This document shows positions 44,911-54,450 of a DNA stretch of 64,000 nt, piece by piece. Source of the stretch: Eutreptiella sp. 'Long Island Sound 2002' (lineage: Eukaryota > Protista > Euglenida); NCBI GenBank assembly GCA_964036045.1, contig OZ038379.1:2418001-2482000 (forward strand), given 5' to 3'. The notes under the pieces are model-generated. The model did not search any database and had not been told where the DNA came from. It worked only from the letters and a program-made list of their open reading frames with translations. Position 1 is the stretch's first letter. Every line of letters begins with the position of its first letter. The position numbers were made by a program, and so were the translations under genes.

Positions 44911-46503
44911 ATGTAAATATGAATAAAAACACGCATGTGCAGGATGGTTTGGCCTGGGCGGGGTGTCACTCACAGAAGTGGCCGCAATCAACCCGGGGGC
45001 TTTATGTCTTTCAACAACAGTACCACCTACCATCGAAGTGTGATGGTACTTTGTAAAAAAGGGGGTGCGTGGGAAAACTTAGCAAAAAGAAATTTTAAAA
45101 CATTGAAGAAAAGTTGTTTTTACTAAGTTTCACCTTGTTTCTATTAAGTTTACCTCATGCTGTACTGAGTATTACCAAATACCTATTCTGAGCAGAGGGA
45201 CAGAAATTAGACACACACGCACAAAACAGCAATCCACTTCCTTCTTCAGTTGGTCTCGACCATCAAAAGCCAGTCATACAAAAGACATGGCACCGGACAC
45301 TAGGTGTACTACAGCCCCCCCTTTCCTTTGCATTCCCAAGACTTCAAGGAGGGGGGGAGGCTGAGTGAGTATGCTGCTTGGTACTTCCCGGTGTACGTAC
45401 TCGTTGGCCTTTTGAGGTAGGAATCCTCGGTTTGTGGATTGGTGTGTTTGGGCAGGAAGGGGGCGGGTTCAAAAAAAAATGCCGGAGGTGGGAAGCCCGC
45501 TTGGCTAGCCCCAACAGGCCTGGAAAATTATGTTTACTAGTTGAGAGTGGGACACTTGTCCCTTTATCAAGTGCTGCTTCTGCCCCTTGGCGCCCCCCCC
45601 CCCCCCGGAGGGAAAGGCCAAGGGAAGGGAAAGGGAAGGGGAGAGGGAAGGTTGGGGCAAGGAGGAAGAGGAAGGTCAAAGGGTGGTGAGAGGCCGATGG
45701 GCACCACCACCTATGGAGGGAAAGGGTCCAAGGGAAGGGCAGCGAATGGCGATCGGCCAGTAGGCGCCGCCAGCTGCAGACGAGAACAACACACCATGGG
45801 GTCATGCCAACCCCCCCCCCATGCCAGTGCTGGCATGCTGCTCACCACCACCAGTGTGGGAAATGTAACACAGGGCTATGGGGTTCTGGGTCACCAAGTG
45901 TTACCAATCGGTGGTGCGAAGCATACTCAGACATTTTGCCAGTTGTGTCGGGTGTTTCCTGCCTGTGTTGTGTGTCAGGGGGGTGGGGGGTGGGGCGAGC
46001 TGGGCAGACACTTCAGCACTATTGGGGAGGGATCACGGCCTCACAGCGTGTGGGATCATAGGTGGGGGTATCCGAGAGTATTTGCAGGAGCTTGGGCTGC
46101 CGGGTCAGTGGATGACTGCTGCTGATGCGGCCACTGTCGGAGGGGCTGGGGGCACATGCGTTGGCAGATTTGCCTGATCATTCGACGCCCGGAATCTCGT
46201 GGGGGGTCCTGGGTCACGCTCTCCGGTTTGTGACAGATCAGCGCGGCGGTGAAGGAGGTCTACCCCAAAGAGAAGCTGGGCCGGGTCGTGTGTTGCAGCG
46301 ATGGCAGCGTCGTTTTCGACCTGGCAAACAACCGCGCCCTCAACCTCTGCCAACAGCCTTGGCCCCCTCCGAATGTCACGTCCCGTGTGGCGCACTTCCT
46401 GCTCCCCGACCGGATGCCGGAGGTGGCCGTGCCCCAGCAGAAAGGGGGGCAGGCGCGGCAGGACACGGGCACGGGGCCGGACAGCGATGCACCGCAGGAA
46501 TAA
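21313..46503 (+). CDS. DEAD-box RNA helicase, DDX21/DDX50/RH3 family with GUCT-like C-terminus, probably plastid-targeted; join(21313-21493,24007-24238,26135-26248,28915-29115,29766-30291,42130-42207,43357-43827,46237-46503), 689 aa, 5'-partial
   Basis: All seven junctions are GT..AG and phase-compatible (2070 nt = 690 codons). Motifs Q (LLPIQ), I (SHTGTGKT), Ia (SPTRDLA), GG, Ib (GTPGRL), II (DEAD), III (CAT), IV (IVFVNT), LHGDMPQ, V (ATDVAARGMD) and VI (HRCGRTGRAG) are in order. The last exon has a GUCT-like GRVVCCSDGSVVFDL. Confidence 0.92.
21683..21960 (+). mobile_element. Probable second SINE-like or retroposon 3' fragment ending in a G-run
   Basis: CA-rich modular sequence with an internal CACAACCCCAACACGCCAAC duplication, ending ...GGAATGTCACACAGGGGGG. 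Single copy in the window, no TSD found. Confidence 0.35.
23062..23135 (+). pseudogene. tRNA-like sequence (tRNA pseudogene or SINE head)
   Basis: D-arm-like GCC-CTAGTTGGT-GGC, T-arm CTGGG-TTCAAAT-CCTAG with B-box GGTTCAAATCC (23114-23124). The acceptor stem does not pair. Confidence 0.45.
23230..23470 (+). repeat. Degenerate relative of the Mutator-like / 80-bp-unit family
   Basis: About 2 units with GCCCACTTGTGGGC, the shared AAAAGTACCACCTACC motif (also at ~45020 and ~49665) and TTTTTACCAC, the reverse complement of the TIR core. Confidence 0.5.
24007..24238 (+). CDS. Helicase exon B (Q motif)
   Basis: CTCAG acceptor; ...LLKEMEIDALLPIQTATFQAVLDGKDVIG(R); donor GTATTG at 24239. Confidence 0.9.
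26135..26248 (+). CDS. Helicase exon C (motif I, start of Ia)
   Basis: TTTTACAG acceptor; SHTGTGKTLAFCLP...IVLSPT(R); donor GTATGT. Confidence 0.93.
28915..29115 (+). CDS. Helicase exon D (Ia, GG, Ib)
   Basis: TTTGCAG acceptor; DLAQQ...LVGG...VVVGTPGRL; donor GTGTGT. Confidence 0.92.
29766..30291 (+). CDS. Helicase exon E (motifs II-IV)
   Basis: YIVVDEADEML...LFCATM...IVFVNTR...LHGDMPQEER...GRLK; donor GTATGC. Confidence 0.95.
30864..30954 (+). mobile_element. Short 5'-truncated copy of the C-tract retroposon
   Basis: Family 3' end ...CATGGCGTCATGCCAAAA, flanked by TSD CCCCCTTTCCATCCC at 30849-30863 and 30955-30969. Confidence 0.9.
31770..32130 (-). pseudogene. Decayed Ulp1/C48-like protease fragment
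   Basis: A single frame with stops has YQEGGHW and, ~80 codons later, TSQTNGCPFG (Q.NG.DCG-like). Confidence 0.4.
32815..32920. repeat. Degenerate (CACAAT/CACCAT)n hexamer tract
   Basis: Directly visible; the source of the I/T-rich ORF call. Confidence 0.7.
33300..35750 (+). mobile_element. Long copy 2 of the J-domain retroposon (2.45 kb, 5'-truncated inside the J-domain, frameshifted)
   Basis: Starts at (G)CCACCCACCTCTTCAAAAGG (HLFKRL) and ends ...GTCATGCCAAAACC. TSD CCCCTCC(T/A)TTTGC at 33287-33299 and 35751-35763 (12/13 match). Confidence 0.9.
35770..38330. other. Unclassified decayed coding-like DNA in the large intron (likely a TE relic)
   Basis: Fragmented protein-like ORFs with no motif I can assign. 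Contains a 53-bp direct duplication at 36603-36705. Confidence 0.3.
38689..39168. mobile_element. hAT-like MITE (480 bp)
   Basis: TIRs CAGGGTTTTGCTTAG / CTAAGCAAAACCCAG. 8-bp TSD GCGGGTTT at 38681-38688 and 39169-39176. Confidence 0.88.
39298..39837 (-). CDS. PHD-finger ORF fragment with Ser-rich tail (probable TE cargo inside the host intron)
   Basis: CAKCLSGEIIDGNDILLCDGDHTSTIGYHQQWCVSPLTHVPNHSWFCPNC is near-canonical C4HC3 with WFCPNC. Confidence 0.75.
   Translation of the reverse strand: MNINGQCTVSNLKRVRLTQGVCSNGLTPKLVQRVYNYIQIIREQHGMPMEEVEVAHVEEVLQNDPEDSESNVVCAKCLSGEIIDGNDILLCDGDHTSTIGYHQQWCVSPLTHVPNHSWFCPNCVAHRGTSAHASSSNSSSSSNTNSSTSSTSNSNSSIAETMLVESPLMPTSKNMMYVI
42130..42207 (+). CDS. 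Helicase exon F (motif V)
   Basis: TTTGCAG acceptor; VLVATDVAARGMDVSGVELVLHCGLP; donor GTGACG. Confidence 0.93.
43357..43827 (+). CDS. Helicase exon G (motif VI and linker)
   Basis: CCACAG acceptor; IHIENFTHRCGRTGRAG...LAAALAALAG...SRSLLTSRPGF...GLRPKE; donor GTCTGT. Confidence 0.9.
43866..44126 (+). mobile_element. Short 5'-truncated copy of the C-tract retroposon
   Basis: TSD C11-ATCC at 43851-43865 and 44127-44141; inserted 38 nt downstream of the exon G donor. Confidence 0.92.
44356..45184. mobile_element. Mutator-like non-autonomous element (~830 bp)
   Basis: TIR GGGTCTGTGGTAAACTTAGT versus the reverse complement of ACTGAGTATTACCAAATACCT. Degenerate 9-bp TSD ATTGTGAAT/ATTCTGAGC. AT-rich ACTAAG-repeat ends, 80-bp units, (CT)n, GTACCACCTACC. 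Confidence 0.65.
45607..45810 (+). mobile_element. Short 5'-truncated copy of the C-tract retroposon
   Basis: Sits between C14 (45593-45606) and C10 (45811-45820); ends ...GGGGTCATGCCAA. Confidence 0.9.
46237..46503 (+). CDS. Helicase exon H (GUCT-like domain, stop)
   Basis: GTGACAG acceptor; ISAAVKEVYPKEKLGRVVCCSDGSVVFDL...; TAA at 46501-46503. Confidence 0.85.
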   Translation: MSAAVKEVYPKEKLGRVVCCSDGSVVFDLANNRALNLCQQPWPPPNVTSRVAHFLLPDRMPEVAVPQQKGGQARQDTGTGPDSDAPQE

Positions 46504-46918
46504 GTGTGGAGGCCGTGTGGACTCCTTGCAATCAGGGCACGGGCCGGCGAGGGAGGCAGGGTATGGGGTGGGTCACGAGGGCGCGGCAGATGACAGGGAG
46601 GAGGAATGTGGAGGAGGGGCATCACCTGAGGGCCCTCTGGGCTCTGCGTGGGCCGGTGGCTGTCCCACAGTTGCGGGTGAAGATGGGATGACGCTACAGC
46701 ACACAAGGGACCCGTACGTGCACACGGGCGTGTGCGTGCGCCCGCACCCCAACAAGAGCGCAAACACTCGAAACTGCCTGTCTGGCTCTTGGAGCGTGGT
46801 CCACTGTCTGTACGGGACGAGGGGCCCGAAGAGCAGAGGCCTGAAGGTCTGAACCCAACCTTGAGCGCTATTCCAAGCAACGAGAGTTGCATGAAGGCAC
46901 CGCTCCAGGGACTGCCAC

Positions 46919-47045
46919 GTGAAGGACTGCGCCGGCAAGAATCAGAGTGATCTGAGGGAATTGAAAGACAACCCCGCGGCGATGGGGCATTGGGCACTGA
47001 TTGCAGTCACGAGGAGAAAGGCATTTCCGGGCCTTAGGACCTGGA
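46919..47045 (+). pseudogene. Short Ulp1/C48-like fragment
   Basis: DNPAAMGHWALIAVT resembles the catalytic HW.L.vi strand; no other motif is visible. Confidence 0.3.
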
Positions 47046-47053
47046 GCATACAT

Positions 47054-47086
<33 letters not shown>

Positions 47087-47380
47087 ACTTTGTGCCACGT
47101 ACCGGCATCTGCCCAAAACCACTGGAGACCTGGTAATCTCTGTCCGATAGTAGCTACTGTACCTACTCTCTGTCCAACAGAAGCTCTAGTAGCTTGCCAC
47201 CTTCCGACACCAATTTGAGTCATGCGCACACCATTTGTACATCCTGTGGTGTGTTGTGTGTCTAGGTGGGTTTGCAGTTAACTGACAGCGACTGGCGGTC
47301 AAGAGTTGTGGGTGTGGGCAGTTGGTTGAATCTATTCACCCCTGCAGCCATGTAACAACATGGGGGAGGGAGGCGCAAAC

Positions 47381-49872
47381 GGGTCCGTGGTAAAACTTAG
47401 TAAATAAGAAAAATTAAAAATTTTTCTTAAGTTTCAAACCACATTTTTTTTTTCTACTGAGTAAAAAACTAGTAAAATTTTTTGTCCTGCTCGGTAAAAA
47501 ACTTGGTAAAACAAGTTGGGGTTCAGGACTCCTGTTCCCCGCACTGAAGCGGTGGGGACCCCAGATGGCAAGGGTTATGTCGCCAATCCACCCACTTGTG
47601 GGACTCTGATTTTCTCCCCCGCTTTGAAGCATTGGGGACCCCCTAGATGGCAGGGGTCATGTACCTAATCTGCCCATTTGTGGGCCACTTCTGATTTCGT
47701 CCCCTCCTTTGAAGCGTCGGGGATCCCCTAGACGGCACAGGTGATGTAGCCAATTCGCCCACTTTTGGGCCACTTCTGATTTTGTCCCCCACTCTGAAGC
47801 ATTGGGGAACCCCTCGACAGCAAGGGGTGCATGGCCAATTTGCCCATTTGTGGGCCACTGCTTATTTTGCCCCCTGCTTTGAAGCACCTGTGCTCTTCTA
47901 CCCTTTGTGTTCGCAACAATGTCCTCTGGCAAAGATTTGCGGATGGCACTGAGAACTGCACGAAGAAATTGGCTACAATGAGTCTCGTGGGCACGCATGA
48001 TACCCTTGGAACACGAATGCGGTGTACTATTGCTTGGCTATTTGTGAATCTCTACGTTTGTTAGGGGCCCCGGTTTTACGGTGCCTTTCCGGTACTCATG
48101 GAAGTACGTTGGTGTCCGACCCTTTAGATACAGACGTGTGAGGCGGATATTTGCTCTGTTGGGCTACCGCATGTGCGTGAGTTTAGGTCGCATGCAAGCA
48201 AGCCCCTCCACAAAAGTTGGCAAAACAAAGGCCCAAAGGGTTGTTGAGGACGACTCCTCTAGTGACGATAGTTGTGATGTAGAGCCTCTTTCTCTTGCCC
48301 AAGACGTGAAGCGTGAGTTGGCCCGCGGGAATGCCGCGTGGCATTCAATGTGCTTGTACCATCTACCATTTACGTGCGGTCAATGGTGCATCTACTACGA
48401 GGGGTGCATTCACTGCTTGGTTGGACTAGAGTGCCGAGCCAGACGGTTCATGGATAGGGATGAGGTAAAATGGGTGCTACAAAGGTGGGAGGAGGTGGTG
48501 CAAGTTGAAGCCATCTTGCACCCAACTCCCTCTGTGAATATGGGTGGAAGCGGCGCCTCTGTAGCTTCGTGTGCCCAGATTTCGAGTACCCCACTAGACC
48601 CTGTCCCACCCAGTTCCATTCCGCCCCGGAATTTTTGACGCAACACCCCATAGTGATCACCCAACATCTCATGCTAGGTGTCCTAGTGCAGAAGAAATCC
48701 TCGCTAATGTGTGCAAAGCACTCAGTGGTAGCCATGGCTCGTTTTGCCCATCCTTGTCCAAGGTTGAGGCACTACTTGGTGACGGTTTGGGTCACTGTTC
48801 TAGGTTCGTTGCACGCCATTTCAGGAACCTCGCCGCTGAGAGCTACGTCACACACTATGCTGAGATGGTGGTGTTTCACTTGTGGGCATCCGACACCGCT
48901 CTTAGTGCGGACTGGGGCACAATAGGTGTGGCATGGGTTGTCCGTGATTTGCTATGGAATGCCTCGTACGCCTGTCCACAACGTATCAAGCAGTTGGTTG
49001 AATCGTGGGCAAACCGCAAACCGCACTTTGGAAGAGACGTCCATTGACATGTCTTTTGCACGACCTAGGCGCATGTATATAATTTCAGCAATTTCCATTG
49101 GGTGCCATGCTTGCCGTTGATTGCCCAACTTGTGAAGGCCTCTGCCTTAAGTTTGACCCCCCTTGTGTGACCCGCCACACATTGTTGGGGCAAACCAAGA
49201 GGAGTTGGCCGTTGTGGGTTTGACTGCCGAGCAAGAAGGCATTCAAGCACAGCAGCGGAAGAAGTGGGCAAGTTTTTGGATGCTTTTGGAGCCCTTGCAT
49301 TTGCTATTGCACCCCTCTATTCCTCCTTCATCCGGTAGATTGATGGTGTCAGTCGCCATCCAGCATGTCTCTTGACATTGTATTGTGCCTTGTCTCGGCG
49401 CGTTGTCAAGGGTGTATTGCACGTACCACGGGATAGATTGTGGTTGCTGTGTGAAATGGCACAAGCTACTGCTACCATCGTTCCAAGATGTTGGCCATGG
49501 CCCTGCCAAGACTCTTTTCTTGAGGCTGATTTTGTTTTAGTGCCTCATCCCAATGACACTATGTCATCTTTTGTTATATTGGCCGAGTGCCAACGAATTG
49601 GTGTGCACAATGGTTTGGCCCGGGTAGCACACGGGAATCGACCCGGGGCTTTGTGCCGTGAAACAAAAGTACCACCTACCATCAAACAGTTCCCCAGCAA
49701 AACTAGCCGGGGGTATGGTAAAGTTAATAAAGATTTTCTATTTTTGCTTAGCAACAAGAACAATTTTTAGTTTCAAAAAATTTTGCTGGCTAAATTTTAC
49801 CTCGTTTCTACTAGGTTGTACCACATTTTACTAAGTTTTACCTCGGTTGGTACTAAGTCTTACCAAATACCC
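47381..49872 (+). mobile_element. Mutator-like element (~2.5 kb) with decayed internal ORF (possible Ulp1-like cargo)
   Basis: TIR GGGTCCGTGGTAAAACTTAGTA versus the reverse complement of TACTAAGTCTTACCAAATACCC. Degenerate 9-bp TSD GGCGCAAAC/GGCAGCAAC. 80-bp units at 47530-47885. Internal SWANRKPHFGRD...YNFSNFHWVPC. Confidence 0.65.
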
Positions 49873-51134
49873 GGCAGCAACGCCTCTGAAGTGAATGGCT
49901 CAATGTGATTTTTTGGCCTGCCCCACAAGCAACAGTCTGAATACCACATACATCAGGGATCGCCGTTTTCAGGAGAGAGAGGAGGAAGAGGCAATGCCTG
50001 GAAGTGTAGGCAGTGCTGACATCAACATGTTGAATTTAAGTGGGAAGGCAATGGTATTCTGCGCCACGGGGCTGTGTGATGTGGCACTGCATGCAGACAG
50101 TCTGCATGGACCGGCAGCTGCAGACACGTGTCATGAGGCAGTCCACCCACAAGCCTGAAGGCAGTGTTGAGGCTGACAGCTTAGAGGGCATTACAGGTTA
50201 ACGGGACATTTCGTAAGGGTCTGCACTGTGGACCCACAATCTCCCGCAAACCAGAGCATCAGAAATTATATATCAATTTTGGCTTCTGCACGAACCCGGG
50301 TGTTTGTATCATCTGTTGACTCACGCATTTTGAGCAGAGAATGGTGATGCATGTGGGGATGGGTGCAGCGCCAATTTGTGTTGGTTCCCACATGCGCGTG
50401 GGCATGTGCGCCTCGCAAGGAGAGGCGGAGGGATGAGAAGCAGCAAGGCAGAAGCGTGATGCACTCTGCTTTGGTCAGCCATATGCTTTACAAAGGATTG
50501 TTCTGGTCATGCTGTTGACCGGGGCAGCTCGAAATCTATGAAGGATGAAGGGGAGCCCATGTTCATGGTGCATGTAAAAGTGCTACCTAGATTCCTTTTG
50601 AGTGCAGCCCATGGATTATGCAAAGGATGTGCAAAGCCCAAACGTTGACCCTATTGGGGCGACCTTGCTCATTTTGGCATTTCCACCCCCACAGAGAGTT
50701 GACGTAGCAAGACCACTGCAGGACATGAGAATTGAAGAGTTCGTGCACCACTTGCCTCACAATCCAATGTTTTCAAGCACCTGCAAATGATCCCCCATCA
50801 CCACATCTCAGTGGTGTACAAAACAAATAATGGCAAGGGCACTTAATGGATTTATCAATCTGAACACTTGCACGGACACAAGCAAATGCAGACACAAGAG
50901 ACACAAGGGAGCATGGGCCACTGATGACTCTTGGATTGGTTTAATTTGTCATTGTGCTCCATTTTTGTGCATTCCGGATGCGCAATGTGCGGCATAACGT
51001 TTTTCTGTTTGCCAACCACAGCACAAAGTTGTCCCACCATGACATGTTGTTGCCAAATTACCTATTTTGTTGCATTTTGTATTTCGCGTTTCAACTTATT
51101 TTGTGTCTTCGTTGTTGGTACGACGATTCATTAT

Positions 51135-51940
51135 TGGGTGATCACCTGGCCCATTTGTGGGCCACTGCTCATTCTATTCCCCGCTGTGAAGTGTTGGGAA
51201 CCCCCTAGGAAGCAAGGGTTATGTCGGCACCCGGCCCGCTTGTGGGTCGCTGCTGATTCTGTCCCCCGCTCGGAAGCGTTACGGCTCCCCCCAGGCGGCA
51301 GGGGTTATGTAGCCACCCGGCCCATTTTCGGGCCACTTCTGATTCTGCCACCCGCTTTGAAGCGTTGGGGACCCTGCAAAAGGCAGGGGTGATGTAGCCA
51401 CCGCGCCCACTTGTGAGCTACTTCTGATTGTGTCCTTTGTTGTGTCGCATTACAGACCCCCCAAGCGGCAAGCGCTATATAGCCACTCTGCCCACATGTG
51501 GGCCACTTCTCATTTATTCCGCGCACTGAAATGTTGTGGAGGCGGCAAGGGTTATGTAGCCACCCCACCCTTTTGTGGGCCACTTCTTTTTCTTTCCCCC
51601 CCTCTAAAGCGTTGGGGATCCTCCAGGCGGGAGGGGTTAGGTAGCTACCCGGCCCACTTGTGGGCCATTTCTGATTCAGTCCCCCTCTCACCCCCCCAAC
51701 GGTTATGTAGACCCCCGGCCCACATGTCGGCTACTTCTGATTTTGTCCCCCGCCCTAAAACGTTAGGGACCCCGGGGCAGCAAGGGTTATGTAGCCACCC
51801 GGCCCACTTGTGGGCCCCTTCTAATTCCTTTCCCCCGCTCTGAAGGGTTGGGGCCCCAGGCGGCAGGGATTATGTAGCCACCCGGCCCACTTGTGGGCCA
51901 TTGTTGATTCAGTCCCCAGCTCTAAAGCGTAGGGGACCCC
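51135..51940 (+). repeat. Array of ~10 copies of an ~80-bp hairpin-containing unit
   Basis: Consensus ~GGGGTTATGTAGCCACCCGGCCCACTTGTGGGCCACTTCTGATT(T/C)TGTCCCCCGCTCTGAAGCGTTGGGGACCCC, with perfect palindrome GGCCCAC-TT-GTGGGCC. Confidence 0.9.
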
Positions 51941-51969
51941 CCCCCCCCGCGTTGTTGGGGCGTGGAACG

Positions 51970-52830
51970 CGCCGAGCGTGCCGAGAGCATGCTAATGATA
52001 CCGCGACTCACGTGGAGCTCCCGGTGAAGAAGATCTGGTACAGCGAGAGTACATGGCAGCTTGACGTTGTTGTGAAATAATGTGTCACCCTTGCAAAACT
52101 CTAGTACAATAGTTTCCCCCCCAGCCGGTTTATACACTGTGCGGCACATTGCTATACCATGGGATGTAGCTACAAGTATGATTGGGCTTGAAATAGGTAT
52201 GGTGTTACAGGGGCTGCAGGTTGACAACCTACACATGCAGAAACGCAAAGCGGACCACATCACCCTCCTCCGGAAGGTCCCAGGGCATGCGAGCAGGGTA
52301 GGTTTCCTTCCATGATTATTTGACTTGATCTGAATGCGATTTCCGGTGACAATTGATTCCATCATCGAAATATTTCATGACGCCGCCACAAGCCCGCCAT
52401 CCCACTCCACGGCCTTACGGTATTCTCCATCTGCATTGGGGTAGCCAACACGCTTACACTGCTGCCGCATTAGACGCTAGAACGGCATACACGGGCGCAC
52501 ATCAAGTGCATGCCATTTGCTCCCTCGTCTCTCCTTTCTTCTTCTTGTCCACCTTTCGGTTCGGCTTTGTGTTGCGCTGCGTCCTCTCCAATACTATCAA
52601 CGATGAGCCAGATTGCATCCCCAATCATTGGGGAGTCCAACCCTTCATTCACGTCTTGTTTCATCTCACAATCAGCCACCAATGTACGGAGTAATTTATG
52701 AAACTTTGTGCGGGCGTGCAGCCGAGTAGGGTCCTAATTGGTGCCAGCAAGCGAAAATGAGGGGGAAATGGGTGCAACCAAGCAAAATGTGGTGGGCAAT
52801 AGACCGACCTTGCCCGTTTTTAACTGTTGA
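51970..52830 (-). pseudogene. Penelope-like element RT relic
   Basis: QMACT*CAPVYAVL (G.AMG..APvYA.L), MKYFDDG, FAFLHV (FLD-like), HTYFKPNHTCSYIPWYSNVP (Y.KP....Y....S..P), GGETI. Confidence 0.65.
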
Positions 52831-54450
52831 TGACCTTTGATAGTACTGATGTTGGATGTGCGCAATTTCTCTTTTGTGGTTTGCAATAATCCCTTGCCCT
52901 CACCCTTTCCCTTTCCCTTGAGCCATACAGACCATATAAAACCTGGGGTGGTGAAGGTGAAGGAGCTGGTGCTAGAGGGATTGGAGGAGGAGCAACAAAA
53001 CGACGGCGCTAAGATGCAGCCACCGACGAAGCCACTGCAGGTGGCTCAGGAGATGGAGAAGGAGATGGAGACGCCGCAATGGGCGCCACTTGGCTGCCAA
53101 CCGGAGGTGGCGGTGGCAGAGGAGGTGGCTTAGGCAGAAGAGATTTCAGAGGCAGAAGAGGTAGCAGCTTGAAGCCACTCGTGTCCGAACAGTTGGGTAT
53201 GCGGCCCAGGTACCCTCTTACGCACCGCACCACACCCTAGAGAACCACAGTTTATGTACTCACATGAGACATGACCAAAGAACATCGTGAACAATAGCTT
53301 CATCATGTTGCCTTGCCAAAACTTCATATGATTCTCATATGTGGCATAGAATATACACCCGGCAGTCAAGCAGAGGTAATCATCATGGCAGGACTCACGT
53401 GTGGCCATCTTCAGCCCATTTATTTCTTTGGGAGAGGGTTCATTACCCGACATGGATGTAACAGGGGCGGGGATGGTTGCACGTTTGATTTTTTCTTCCC
53501 TTTTTTTTATTTCTGCCTCCTTGAACCATGTTTGAATGTCCGCCTAAGATCCCTACTAAGGGAGTCATGCTGCCTGTACGACATAGATTTCAAAAACAGA
53601 CAATGTGCTCACGGCCATTCATCTAGTTCATCGGTGAGATGGCGTGCCGTAACATATTCAAGCCCAGGGCCGGCGATGCATTTTTGTATTGATCCTATAC
53701 GAGGATTCACATTTGTTGGGCACGGAATTTTCCTCATTAGTGGGCCCAACTACCACGGCACACACTGACGTATGCCGTATTTCGTGAACTACAGGCTGGC
53801 ACCCCCTCAACCCCCCCAGAAAAATCCCACTGCATTACCTGTGCCCAGGCTTCCCCCTGTTGTGAGTGCTGGCCTTGTCACAGCGGATCGTTACCATTTC
53901 GACACACTGAGAACATCAACCGGGTGGCACCGCACGGCATAAGCCAGGGCCATGCAGATTCGGTGGGGGCCAGAGCTGGGGAAGCGAAGGGGTCTGGGCA
54001 ATGAAGGCGGATCACAGGGAGTCAATGCGAGTTACGGTTGGGCCGGCTGTCCCAAGGAGTAGCCGGACTAGTATCGTACTTCTTCTGTATGTTTCTGTGG
54101 CAAGGGTTGGGGACGCCCCTGAAGGAGGAACCTACCTACACCAGTCCAGACACGGTGTATGGACAAGTATTCATAGATGCGACCAGACCATAGCATACGC
54201 CGGTAACTGGAAAGGAATGCAGTTATTTGGGATGTATCTGCAGGATTGGGGTGGACCACAGTTCGCACGTTTTGATGTGCCTGTTCACGAGGTGATGCGC
54301 CACTAGGATGAAGATGCCTGCCTCGTGCTGCACTGCAATGCAATGCTCAGTGCTGCACTGCGCTACGCAAGTGGCAGAGAGCCAAACTCTGTGGGATTGA
54401 GAAATTGCAGTGCAGCCCGGGCTGCGTTCATTTCCGCACATTTTCTACTC

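Noticed and set aside
51135-51940. CRISPR-like array (palindromic ~80-bp periodicity)
   Set aside because: The whole unit is repeated with no unique spacers, there are no cas genes, and the context is eukaryotic.
52130-52210. LTR-retrotransposon RT start (SSPIILV...G...C)
   Set aside because: The adjacent frame gives a better, ordered series of Penelope-like motifs.
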